The notes under the pieces were generated by a model. The model was not told the origin of the DNA and searched no databases. It saw only the letters and a list, made by a program, of their open reading frames with translations. Below, one piece after another: positions 8,330 to 17,213 of a DNA stretch of 46,750 bases. This DNA is from Bdellovibrionales bacterium (GTDB lineage Archaea > Nanobdellota > Nanobdellia > Woesearchaeales > UBA583). Each line of letters opens with the position of its first letter. Position 1 is the stretch's first letter. Position numbers and translations under genes: made by a program. Location of the stretch: the NCBI GenBank assembly GCA_964217375.1, contig CAXPJQ010000014.1, positions 1 to 46,750 of the forward strand. The letters are read 5' to 3'.

Positions 8330-11300
8330 ATGAAAAAATATAGTACAAATAGGAATAGAAAAATTATGTTATTTATTCTAGTTTTTACTATGTTAATTTT
8401 TCAGTCATATGCTTGGTGGGATACAAACTGGGGATATAAACAAGATATCCAAATATTAACTCAAAGTGCAACACCAAGTAATTATCAATTTTTAATTCAT
8501 TTAAATTCAACTCAGCTTGGTGCAAACTTTGACTGGTCAAATAATTGTGATGATCTAAGGTTTATAATAGATAACATTACTCTACTTGATCACTGGACTC
8601 AAACTTGTGACACAATTGGAGAAGAGTTATATACATGGGTTGAAATTCCAGATACAATTAGTGCATCTAGTTATTATAATTTAGAGATGTATTATTCAAA
8701 TTCGGGGGCAAGCTCAATTAGTAGTGCAGATAATACATTTTTACAAGATCAAATATTTAGAATGAATGGAGTCTGTAACTCTGGAACATATTGTAATGGA
8801 ATGGATGATAACTCTGAAACAAATTATATTAGATCTCAAATAGGAACATCCCCATTTACAATTGATGGGTCTGATTATGTGACAACAATTAATCATAACT
8901 CAAACCCATTTGGTGCCGCAGATTACTATTTTTCAAGATATAGGTTTTTATTTATACCTGATTCTACAAATACCCATGACTTTGGAACAAATAGTGATGA
9001 TGGGTCAGAAATAATTAATTTACCATATGATAGTTTTGGAGATGGATATGCAACAACTGGAACTTATGGGAGTGGAAGTGTATATGCAGAATATTATGGT
9101 TTACATGGTACTGGAACTTGTGGAAGTTCAGGGACTCCAGGGAGTGTTTCATTAACTTCAGGAGAAGGGTATTGGCTTGATTTTATTATGAATGAGTGGG
9201 GAGGAGGGCAACTTGCACAACTATGTATTAGAGAGGGAGGAGGATATAATACATTTAGTGTTGCAAATTTTCCAAATCAAATTTATTCAAGACAATATGT
9301 TGAAAATGAACCTAGTTTATTTAATATATCAAGTGAAGTTAACTATGCATATATTACTCAAACTCAAATAAGTCCAAACCCACTTACAATAATTTATATA
9401 TTCCAAAATAAAACATTTAACATAAATAATACAATTGATTGTGTAGGTCCAATTGGTGAGAGTTGTGAGAATATAAGTATATCTCTAACTCAAAATTCAA
9501 GTGGAACATTTAATAGTGTATCTACTTCAACAACAACTCCCCTTTGGACAAGTAGTTCTCAACCTCAAACCTGTAGTGGAGTAAATACTGGAAGTTCATG
9601 TTCATCAAATTTTGTAATAAATGCAACTGGAGATATAGGAAATTATTATTATTTAAAATTAGAGAGTACCTCAACAAATAATGCAATATCAAGTATTAAT
9701 TCATCAACATTTATTCTAAGAATTATAGATTCAAATATTGTTGCATTCAATCAAAGTATATATTCATTTACTCCATTTGAAAAAAATAGTGGAGATAAAA
9801 CAATAACTCTTCAAATAATTTCAAATATTGGAACAAATAATAATATTCAAGTTAGTTGTACTAGTGGAAATTGTAGCGAAATTACAACAACATTTACAAA
9901 TGGAATTAATTTACTTGAAGGAGATAGTGCAAATATTGATTTTGTATGTAGTGATAATAGTTATGGGAATTATTCTGCAACATATATTGTAACTTCAGAT
10001 GGGAATCCATATAATTCGTCACTTAATATAAATTGTAATGTCTTACCAATATATGGTCCAATTAGTGGTCAGTTAATAAACCCAACACCATTAAGTGTGA
10101 CTCCAGTTAGTCAAAATAGTACATTTAATTTAGAAGCTCAAGTTAATTGTACTGGATTATGTTCAACAATTAATGCATATGCAATTAAAGGAATAAGTGA
10201 TTGGGATGATAATTCATTTTTATATAGAAAAAATATTGACATAGATATTAATTCTGCAATTCCTAGTAATTATCAAATATTACTTGATTTAGATTCAAGT
10301 GATTTGGGTCCTGATTTTAACTGGGGAAATAATTGTAGAGATATTAGATTTACTGAATCTGGAACATTAATTGATTATTGGATTTCAGATTGTGACACAA
10401 TTAATGAAACAATAAAAGTGTGGATTGAAACTAATAGTGCTCAAAGTTCAAGTTCAACATATTCAATTTACATGTATTATAATAATAACAATGCCCAATC
10501 ACTAAGTAATGCAAGTGCAACATTTAGAGAAGATCAGATATATCTAATAACTGGGAGATGTTCTGGAGGTGGAAATTGTGATATGGATAACCATGCTGAA
10601 GGAGATACTCTAAGAGCAAATATTAATACAACTGGGATGGAAATTGATGGAGAAGGATATGTAACTCAAATTGATCAAGGAGATAACCCTTATGGTGCAA
10701 ATGATAACTATTACTCAAGATATAGATTATTATTTATACCTAGTTCAAATGCAACATATTCATTTGGAACATATAGTGATGATGACTCAGAAATTTCAAT
10801 TTTTCCAAGTGATGGGTATGGATCAGGATATCAAACTGCACACCCATATGGAGCTCACGATGTAATTACAACACAATATAATGCCTGGCACGGAAATAAT
10901 CCTTGTGGATCAAATGTTGCAGTTGAGGGAAGTAGATCATTAAATTCTGGTGAAGGTTACTGGCTAGAATATTTACATATAGAAGGAGCTGGAGGAGAAG
11001 ATCAACAGATGTGTATAAATACAGGGACTGGATATCAAACATTTAATCTAGGAAACTTTGGAGGTGAATTTTTTGCAAGATCATATGTAGTGTCTGAACC
11101 AAGTTTAAATTCAATTGGGACTCAAGAAGATTTCTTAATTTCAACAATTGTAGGAGACACACCACTTTGGACAAGTAGTTCTCAAAACCAAAATTGTACT
11201 CCAGGAGAAGATGGCAGTTGTACATTTACTTGGATTGTAAATGCAAGTGGAGCAATTGGAACTCTACAAAATGTAAGCGTATTATTTATATCGGATTTAT

Positions 11301-11914
11301 CTTCTATAAATTCAACAATGACACAAATTGCAACAATTAACATTACAAAATATATTGCCCCAACATTTAATTTAATTAGTCCAATTAATAATAGTAAAAA
11401 AATAATAAATTCAACCATTGAATTAAAATGGATTGTATCTGATGAAGATTCAAATATATCTACAAATTTGTATATTAATGGAATATTTAATCAAAGTATA
11501 GTATGTATAACTGGAATTAATTGTAGTGTAAATTTAACCCTAAATTCTGGAGAATATAGTTGGTTTGTTAATGGATCTGATTCTACACTTTTAAATTCTC
11601 AAAGTGAAGAATGGGGATTTAGATTAATTAAAAATTATCATAATAGAATAAATAAAAATATAAACTATGTTTCATCTGGATTGTATTTTGTAAATATTAC
11701 ATTAAATAATTTAATTGGTGAAAATAAAAATATATCTATTCTTGATTGGATTAGCCCAAGCCACACACCAGGGTCATTTAATCCAATATTTGATTTTAAT
11801 TTTAATAATATATATATGTGGAATAGAGATATCTCTAATAATTTTAATGTGCAATATTTAATTACGACAGGAAATACAACCACTAAAGATATATATAGGA
11901 TAGGATTAGATTAA
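8330..11914 (+). CDS. Large secreted/surface protein with two copies of a DUF2341-like + PA14/GLEYA-like module and Ig-like regions
   Basis: N-terminal hydrophobic signal. The motifs NYQ(F/I)L..L(N/D)S..LG..F(D/N)W.NNC.D(L/I)RF and YY.SRYR(F/L)LFIP.S....FGT.SDD.SEI each occur twice (about 8405-9330 and 10195-11115). TPLWTSSSQ also occurs twice. N-x-S/T sequons are very frequent. Confidence 0.6.
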   Translation: MKKYSTNRNRKIMLFILVFTMLIFQSYAWWDTNWGYKQDIQILTQSATPSNYQFLIHLNSTQLGANFDWSNNCDDLRFIIDNITLLDHWTQTCDTIGEELYTWVEIPDTISASSYYNLEMYYSNSGASSISSADNTFLQDQIFRMNGVCNSGTYCNGMDDNSETNYIRSQIGTSPFTIDGSDYVTTINHNSNPFGAADYYFSRYRFLFIPDSTNTHDFGTNSDDGSEIINLPYDSFGDGYATTGTYGSGSVYAEYYGLHGTGTCGSSGTPGSVSLTSGEGYWLDFIMNEWGGGQLAQLCIREGGGYNTFSVANFPNQIYSRQYVENEPSLFNISSEVNYAYITQTQISPNPLTIIYIFQNKTFNINNTIDCVGPIGESCENISISLTQNSSGTFNSVSTSTTTPLWTSSSQPQTCSGVNTGSSCSSNFVINATGDIGNYYYLKLESTSTNNAISSINSSTFILRIIDSNIVAFNQSIYSFTPFEKNSGDKTITLQIISNIGTNNNIQVSCTSGNCSEITTTFTNGINLLEGDSANIDFVCSDNSYGNYSATYIVTSDGNPYNSSLNINCNVLPIYGPISGQLINPTPLSVTPVSQNSTFNLEAQVNCTGLCSTINAYAIKGISDWDDNSFLYRKNIDIDINSAIPSNYQILLDLDSSDLGPDFNWGNNCRDIRFTESGTLIDYWISDCDTINETIKVWIETNSAQSSSSTYSIYMYYNNNNAQSLSNASATFREDQIYLITGRCSGGGNCDMDNHAEGDTLRANINTTGMEIDGEGYVTQIDQGDNPYGANDNYYSRYRLLFIPSSNATYSFGTYSDDDSEISIFPSDGYGSGYQTAHPYGAHDVITTQYNAWHGNNPCGSNVAVEGSRSLNSGEGYWLEYLHIEGAGGEDQQMCINTGTGYQTFNLGNFGGEFFARSYVVSEPSLNSIGTQEDFLISTIVGDTPLWTSSSQNQNCTPGEDGSCTFTWIVNASGAIGTLQNVSVLFISDLSSINSTMTQIATINITKYIAPTFNLISPINNSKKIINSTIELKWIVSDEDSNISTNLYINGIFNQSIVCITGINCSVNLTLNSGEYSWFVNGSDSTLLNSQSEEWGFRLIKNYHNRINKNINYVSSGLYFVNITLNNLIGENKNISILDWISPSHTPGSFNPIFDFNFNNIYMWNRDISNNFNVQYLITTGNTTTKDIYRIGLD

Positions 11915-11922
11915 AATAAAAG

Positions 11923-12762
11923 TTATTGAATTTTAAATTCTCCCCAGATTAAATAATGATCTGAATGAGTTTTATTAATTCCATCTCTGAAAATCCCATG
12001 AGATAAATATTCTTGAGACATGTCATCATTTAATATAATTCTATCATAAGAACAATTGTTTTTTGATAATGTTGTATCTTCATCATCTTGAATTAACCAA
12101 TTCCATGAATCAAAGTGAGTTTGAATTGCAGAATTATAGTAACTACAATCAGCATTTAAATCTCCAATGATTAAAACATTTCCCTCAGATTCATTTTTTA
12201 AAATTATTTCTTCAAGAAACCCCATCTCCTGAGGCACTAAATCTGGATCAGTGTGAATATTTATCACATTAAAACTATAATTTCCAATAGTAATATCAAC
12301 TGCAATTGGAGGTCTATTAAATTGACTTTGATAAATACCATAGTTATAATCAGTAATAGTTATATCAATTCCTTTTTTTGAGAGAATTCCAACTTGTTCT
12401 TTAGAGGTTGATTGTCCTGCCCTTGAACTAATTTGACAATTATAACTCTCAAATCTTGAACAAAGTAAATCAAAAGATTCTCCAGATTTATCTCTGATTT
12501 CTTGAATAAAAATAATATCATAATTATTTTCTAAAGTATTTTCATAAAATTGCATTAAATTTGAATTAGATGATTTACTTTTCCCAAAAATTTGTAAATT
12601 CCAATTAGCAATTTTAAATGATTCACCTAAATATTTTTGAGGAACAATGTTTTCTTTTGTAATTAAATCATCTAAGGAATTTGAATTACTTGTTTGAATC
12701 TCAATATTACATCCTGAGAGTAAAAATAAAGATAAAAAAGTATAAGATAAAACTTTTTTCAT
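11923..12762 (-). CDS. Secreted lipoprotein nuclease of the endonuclease/exonuclease/phosphatase (DNase I-like) family
   Basis: Lipobox LLSGC. EEP motifs ANWNLQIFG, DIIFIQEIRD, INIHTDP, IIGDLNADCSY, YDRIIL, SDHYLIW. Confidence 0.75.
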   Translation of the reverse strand: MKKVLSYTFLSLFLLSGCNIEIQTSNSNSLDDLITKENIVPQKYLGESFKIANWNLQIFGKSKSSNSNLMQFYENTLENNYDIIFIQEIRDKSGESFDLLCSRFESYNCQISSRAGQSTSKEQVGILSKKGIDITITDYNYGIYQSQFNRPPIAVDITIGNYSFNVINIHTDPDLVPQEMGFLEEIILKNESEGNVLIIGDLNADCSYYNSAIQTHFDSWNWLIQDDEDTTLSKNNCSYDRIILNDDMSQEYLSHGIFRDGINKTHSDHYLIWGEFKIQ

Positions 12763-12825
12763 ATAAAATAAAAAACTTTAATATTTAAAAAGATAATTGT
12801 GTTAACTAAAAAAAACTAAATGTGA

Positions 12826-12881
12826 AGCGACTGGCGGGAATTGAACCCGCGACCTCTGCATTACCAATGCAACGCTCTACC
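12826..12881 (-). pseudogene. 3' portion (about nt 18-72 plus discriminator) of host tRNA-Thr(GGU), ending in the attL core
   Basis: The reverse complement reads GGTAGAGC-G-TTGCA-TTGGTAA-TGCAG-AGGTC-GCGGG-TTCAATT-CCCGC-CAGTCGC-T. The sequence 5' of it (CAGCCGATTGCTGAGC) cannot pair with the 3' acceptor strand. Confidence 0.75.
12861..12881. repeat. attL core: 21-bp direct repeat ttaccaatgcaacgctctacc
   Basis: Identical 21-mer at 34996-35016. Similarity extends 7 more nt with 2 mismatches (gctcagc vs actgagc). Confidence 0.85.
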
Positions 12882-13744
12882 GCTCAGCAATCGGCTGTAA
12901 GCCTCAAGAACGGGGATTTGAGAGAAGTGAAGGGAGTTTTAGTTTATATCGTATATACGAAAAAAATTATTCTAAGTATTTAGAGTATATTGAGCAGTAC
13001 TCTCCTTGTTATAGAAAGTCTATGTTTTATGCTATTCAAAAGTTGTTTAAAGAGATAAAAACAATAAATGAACCTAAGGACATTCTTGCGACTATTAAGA
13101 AGAAACGATTAGATATACAGTATTCGATGAAATGTCTTCGGAATTGGCTTAATTTCTGTGAGCAAGAGGAGTTAATGGATGAGTTTAACCTTCATAAGTA
13201 TCGTAAGAAGTTTAAAATCCCTCAGCAACATAAACCAGATGTGTTTGTTCCGTCAAAAACTCAAGTAGATAGTTCTTTTGCTCAAGTTAGAGATTATTCT
13301 TATATGGACTATATAGTTATGAGAGTTTTGCTTGAAAGTGGTTGTAGGATTACTGAGTTGAAGTATTTTATTGAAACATTTAATCCTTCTTTGGTTACAA
13401 TTGAGAATGGTGTTGCTTGTTATCCTCTAACTTATCTTAGACATAATAAGAACTCTTACTTTATGTTTATGAGTGAGAATACTTTTAATGAATATGTTAA
13501 GCTCACAGAGGAGTTGAAGGGATACAAGATTTGTAAACTAATAACACATATTAGAAGACATAAGTTAACGCCTATGAAATATTATCGTAAGTATGCATTT
13601 ACCTTAATGATTGACTGTGAGATTGATATGGAAATTGCTAACTATATCCAAGGTCGTGTTTCAAGTAATATTGGAGTAAATCATTATCTTGCTAAGAAGC
13701 AAATTGCAATAAAAGAATACAAGAAGTTTTTGGAGGTCATTTAG
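12882..13744 (+). CDS. Int(C): C-terminal catalytic part of a partitioned SSV-type tyrosine recombinase
   Basis: The frame is open from 12845 through the att core into the track ORF 13022..13744, with no stop between 12845 and 13744. Tyrosine-recombinase-like motifs are LLESGCRITEL (box I Arg), YYRKYAFTLM (box II Arg) and GVNHYLAKK (candidate catalytic Tyr). Confidence 0.7.
12946..12960. repeat. Second copy of the atatcgtatatacga motif (contains the 12-bp perfect palindrome tcgtatatacga, 12949-12960)
   Basis: The 15-mer is identical to 34786-34800. It lies 65 nt from attL inside the Int(C) reading frame. Confidence 0.6.
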
Positions 13745-14201
13745 TTATAATCTCCCATTCTGGGATTCTATCAACTCTCCTGTTTGCTCCACTTGATGAA
13801 GGAAGAACAACTGTTTCATATCCTAATTCTTCAAAGACTCTTTTATGTTCTCCAGCTTTTTTTCCGTTTAAACAAATTAGTTTTATGTTTGGATATTGTT
13901 GTTTTAGTTTTGAAAAATCATTTAATTCCTCATCTTTGATATTACTATCAAGACTTCCCTCTCTATAGCTTTGATGAAATACATCCCACAGACCAATAAA
14001 ATGTTTCTTTAATGATTGGAGTTTAGTTTTATAATCTGTTTTAAAATCTTCATTCAATACATCTCCAAGTAATTTCCAGAAATCATTTGTTTTCTTTGCA
14101 TAGTATTCTTGTTTTTCTATTGATTCATCTCCTGGAAGAGAACCTAAGATTAATATCTTAGTTGTTTCATTTATTATTGGTTTTAATCCTTGCTTTATCA
14201 T
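13737..14201 (-). CDS. Family-6 uracil-DNA-glycosylase superfamily protein (hypoxanthine-DNA / DNA-deoxyinosine glycosylase-like)
   Basis: Family-typical pattern ILILGSLPGDES...YYAKKTNDFW...GLWDV...REGSLDSNI...LNDF...NGKKA...LPSSSGANRR. Confidence 0.7.
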   Translation of the reverse strand: MIKQGLKPIINETTKILILGSLPGDESIEKQEYYAKKTNDFWKLLGDVLNEDFKTDYKTKLQSLKKHFIGLWDVFHQSYREGSLDSNIKDEELNDFSKLKQQYPNIKLICLNGKKAGEHKRVFEELGYETVVLPSSSGANRRVDRIPEWEIITK

Positions 14202-14971
14202 TCTCTTATAACTTCTAATTGTGATTCAATATCTTCAATTAATGAATTAACATTATCAACTAATTGATTTAACATTTCAAGTGTTATTGTAATATCATTG
14301 CCATCTTTGTCTTTTCCATTCCTATGAACTAAGTCGTGTCTATTCATTACTCCTTTTATTAAAATACTCAAGTCTTCAGGGAAATTAATATCAAATACAA
14401 TTTTATATAAACTTTTTACTTTAGGAAGATTGTGATACATTAATTCGTTTAATTCCTTAGATACTTCTCCTCTCATAAAATCATATATGTCTTCAATTTC
14501 CTTTTCTTCAGTTTTAATTAATATCTGCGGGAGCGTGAACTTTATTTCGTTATTAAATGGTTTATATTTAAGTATAAACTCTTTCATAAAATCATAATCA
14601 TTTAAGACATTATATTTTAATGCATCTCCAAGGTAAGTTTCCATTATTGTTATTGTGTTTATATAAAAGAGTCTAATAAAAAAATCATTTTGTTCTAATG
14701 ATTCTAAAAGTTCAAAATTATTAACAGCTTTTTTTATCTCTTTGATTCCATTCAATGCATTAAGATAATATTCTGAAGGTATATCCTCAAAATCTGGTTC
14801 TGCCATATCTACATCTCTAAAAGTAGAATAACCACAAGCCCTACAAGAAAAAGAATGTTCGAATCCAGCAAGATAATTTGCTTGTTGTCCATCAGACATA
14901 TCTTCTAAATCTTCATAATCTTCTTCAAGTAGGCATTCTCCACAACTAGGACATATTTCTTCTTCAACCAT
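14198..14971 (-). CDS. Zinc-ribbon protein with a C-terminal HEPN-like (Rx4H) domain
   Basis: N-terminal CPSCGEC...CRACGY. C-terminal helical region with VMNRHDLVHRNG (R-x4-H). Family not identified. Confidence 0.4.
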   Translation of the reverse strand: MVEEEICPSCGECLLEEDYEDLEDMSDGQQANYLAGFEHSFSCRACGYSTFRDVDMAEPDFEDIPSEYYLNALNGIKEIKKAVNNFELLESLEQNDFFIRLFYINTITIMETYLGDALKYNVLNDYDFMKEFILKYKPFNNEIKFTLPQILIKTEEKEIEDIYDFMRGEVSKELNELMYHNLPKVKSLYKIVFDINFPEDLSILIKGVMNRHDLVHRNGKDKDGNDITITLEMLNQLVDNVNSLIEDIESQLEVIRE

Positions 14972-16703
14972 TTTTAGACATTATTCTATAAATCTTATCA
15001 TATTGCTTTTCATTTAAGATATTTTTGTTTTTTTCAACAATATCATCTAAAAATAATACTGCAATTTCCAATTCATTTAATTTAGCCAGTTCTTCATCAT
15101 CAAGATATGGTCTTTCAAAAAAGAAAAGTTTTTTTATGATTGTTTTATTATTCATATCAAGTTTTCTTTCTTTACAGTATTTTGGAAGATATTTTATTAC
15201 ATCATCAAAGTGTTTTTTTACAGTTTTTATATCTGCATAATTTGTTTTAGATTGTATTACATATATTTCATTTTCAGTTACTATTAATGAATCAATTTCT
15301 CCTTTGTCAAACTCGTGTCCCCAGTCAATGTGAATTATTTTATCCTTAATTGTTTTGATGTTTATGTATAAATGAATTAACTCATTTAGCATACTATTTG
15401 AATCTTTAAGTGAGTTTTCTAACATTACTTTTTTTACAAAATTCCTACAATGCTTTGATAAATAATTATGAAATATTTTAGGTTCTATTGAATATTCTAA
15501 ATAATTGAACTTATCTTTATGCTCTTCTAATAAAATATCCATTCGCATTTTGCCATTTGACCTATATCCATCTTTTGCACTTAAAGCGGTATCTTTAAAT
15601 AATAACCAATAAGAACCATTTGATAGGCTTGTTCCTTGATAGATATAAATTAAATAAGAATGTGCATAATCAACTTTTGAAGTATTATATTTAAACTCAA
15701 TAATTTCTGTTTTTTCGTTTCTCATTAAAGAAAAGAGAACAAGCTGAAAGAATATAGGAAATGTTTCATCATATCCATGTTTTACTGATGATTCATTAAT
15801 ATAATCAATATTTTGAAGCATTATATCTCTATTTCTTAATAATACTTTTAAATCTCTTTCTGAGGTTATTTTTTCAATATAGTTTTTATGGCTGATACTA
15901 TAGTCTACATCATATATATCTTTTCCAAATTCAAAATCTAATTCTGCAATAACATAATCTCTAATTCTACATCCTAAATGATGTATCTCTCCCCATGTTG
16001 AGGCATCCTTAAAAGATTTTAACAATTTATTATCTACTTTATTTTCAAATAAATATGCAATAGTTATAGCGAAACCTTTAATATAATTTGAAACATTATT
16101 TTTTACTTCCTCTGTATAAAATGAGTATTTTTCATAGTCTTCAAAAGGCAACAGATTATAAAAATAATCTTTTGGTCCGGAGTATTCAAATTTATCAGTT
16201 TTCAAATCATAATCTCCATCTAAATAAGGTTTGCTATTTGCAATTAGAAATAAAAAAACATTTTCTTTTTTTACACCTTTATTTTTTTTGTATTTAGTGT
16301 TATCAAAATAATATTTTTGTATCTCCTTTATTTTTTTAAGAAAGTTGCTAATTATATTATCTAAATCAGATTTAGATTTATTTAACCTTTTATCTTCTAT
16401 TTTTTTTCTAAACCCTTCTAATCCTTTTATTAAATCAATATCTTTACTTTTAGTTTTAATATTTTTATCTAAATGTTTGGAAGTTAAGTTTCCACTCCAA
16501 GAAATAAGTTCGTCTAAGTCATCAGAGATTAAACACTCCATAGAATGAATTAAATTATTTATTGTTAATTCTATAAGCATATAATAACCTTTTTCATATT
16601 CGCCTTCATTAATATTATTTTGTTTGAGATAATCTTTAAACTTTTTATTGATAATTGAGTTTAAGAAAAAACACTCACACTCGAGATTATCTAACCAGCT
16701 CAT
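14964..16703 (-). CDS. Large hypothetical protein with a C-terminal Mrr/NERD-like PD-(D/E/Q)xK nuclease-type motif
   Basis: C-terminal GEIDSLIVTENEIYVIQSKT (D...QxK, as in the Mrr catalytic domain). The N-terminal ~450 aa has no recognisable motif. Confidence 0.4.
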   Translation of the reverse strand: MSWLDNLECECFFLNSIINKKFKDYLKQNNINEGEYEKGYYMLIELTINNLIHSMECLISDDLDELISWSGNLTSKHLDKNIKTKSKDIDLIKGLEGFRKKIEDKRLNKSKSDLDNIISNFLKKIKEIQKYYFDNTKYKKNKGVKKENVFLFLIANSKPYLDGDYDLKTDKFEYSGPKDYFYNLLPFEDYEKYSFYTEEVKNNVSNYIKGFAITIAYLFENKVDNKLLKSFKDASTWGEIHHLGCRIRDYVIAELDFEFGKDIYDVDYSISHKNYIEKITSERDLKVLLRNRDIMLQNIDYINESSVKHGYDETFPIFFQLVLFSLMRNEKTEIIEFKYNTSKVDYAHSYLIYIYQGTSLSNGSYWLLFKDTALSAKDGYRSNGKMRMDILLEEHKDKFNYLEYSIEPKIFHNYLSKHCRNFVKKVMLENSLKDSNSMLNELIHLYINIKTIKDKIIHIDWGHEFDKGEIDSLIVTENEIYVIQSKTNYADIKTVKKHFDDVIKYLPKYCKERKLDMNNKTIIKKLFFFERPYLDDEELAKLNELEIAVLFLDDIVEKNKNILNEKQYDKIYRIMSKNG

Positions 16704-17213
16704 TTATTCTACCTCAATTCTTAAGTCCCATAGTTTAGTTTTTGCATCCTTCTCATCTTCTCCTTGCTTATAATCATACCAGAATAAATATTGTATTTCA
16801 TATAGTCCTTTTTTGTTTGGATTAAACTCGTAATTGAATATTCCTTCTCCATTACCGTTGATTATTAATTCTTTATCTTCAGTTCTTTGTATTGAGTATT
16901 CTTTTATTTCTTCTCCATCTAATTTAATTGAATTAACTTTTACATTTGCGGGGATTGAACCCTCATAATTTGACTTAAAAAGTAATGATATATTCATCAT
17001 ATCTTTTTCTCTTGCTGTGTCTTGTTGAGGTGAGGAGATTAGAATGTCATTATTTAAACTACCTTTTCCCAAAGCATTTATTTTATTTGTTTGATAAACA
17101 TCAACTCCTATTGACAATAATGCAATTGCAATACTTAAAATACTAATCCAAAATGTCCAATTAATCTTTTTCTTTTCTTTTTCAACTTTTGGTTTATTCT
17201 CTGATTTGGACAT
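16704..17213 (-). CDS. N-terminally membrane-anchored beta-rich protein
   Basis: Lys-rich N-terminus, one TM segment (WTFWISILSIAIALLSIGV), then a beta-strand-like domain. Its stop abuts the start of the next gene. Confidence 0.5.
   Translation of the reverse strand: MSKSENKPKVEKEKKKINWTFWISILSIAIALLSIGVDVYQTNKINALGKGSLNNDILISSPQQDTAREKDMMNISLLFKSNYEGSIPANVKVNSIKLDGEEIKEYSIQRTEDKELIINGNGEGIFNYEFNPNKKGLYEIQYLFWYDYKQGEDEKDAKTKLWDLRIEVE

Noticed and set aside
10671-11883. Four short ORFs (60-78 aa) inside or antisense to the 1194-aa gene.
   Set aside because: They are fully nested in a long, well-supported ORF with internal protein-level repeats. They have no motifs.
12841-12857. A 17-nt identity (ttgaacccgcgacctct) between the host tRNA fragment and the element tRNA (32572-32588), considered as a possible second att site.
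   Set aside because: It is the conserved T-arm/variable region shared by related tRNAs. The flanks differ, and nothing suggests a recombination junction.
12917-12940. Short inverted matches flanking the att core in the reconstructed attP (tttgaga and ggagtttt at 12917-12940 against tctcaaa and aaaactcc at 34962-34973).
   Set aside because: They are only 7-8 nt long, in swapped order, asymmetric around the core and AT-rich, so chance explains them adequately.
15025-16548. Plus-strand ORFs of 67-71 aa within the 579-aa gene.
   Set aside because: They are antisense, Ser/Phe/Leu-rich low-complexity products typical of AT-rich antisense frames.
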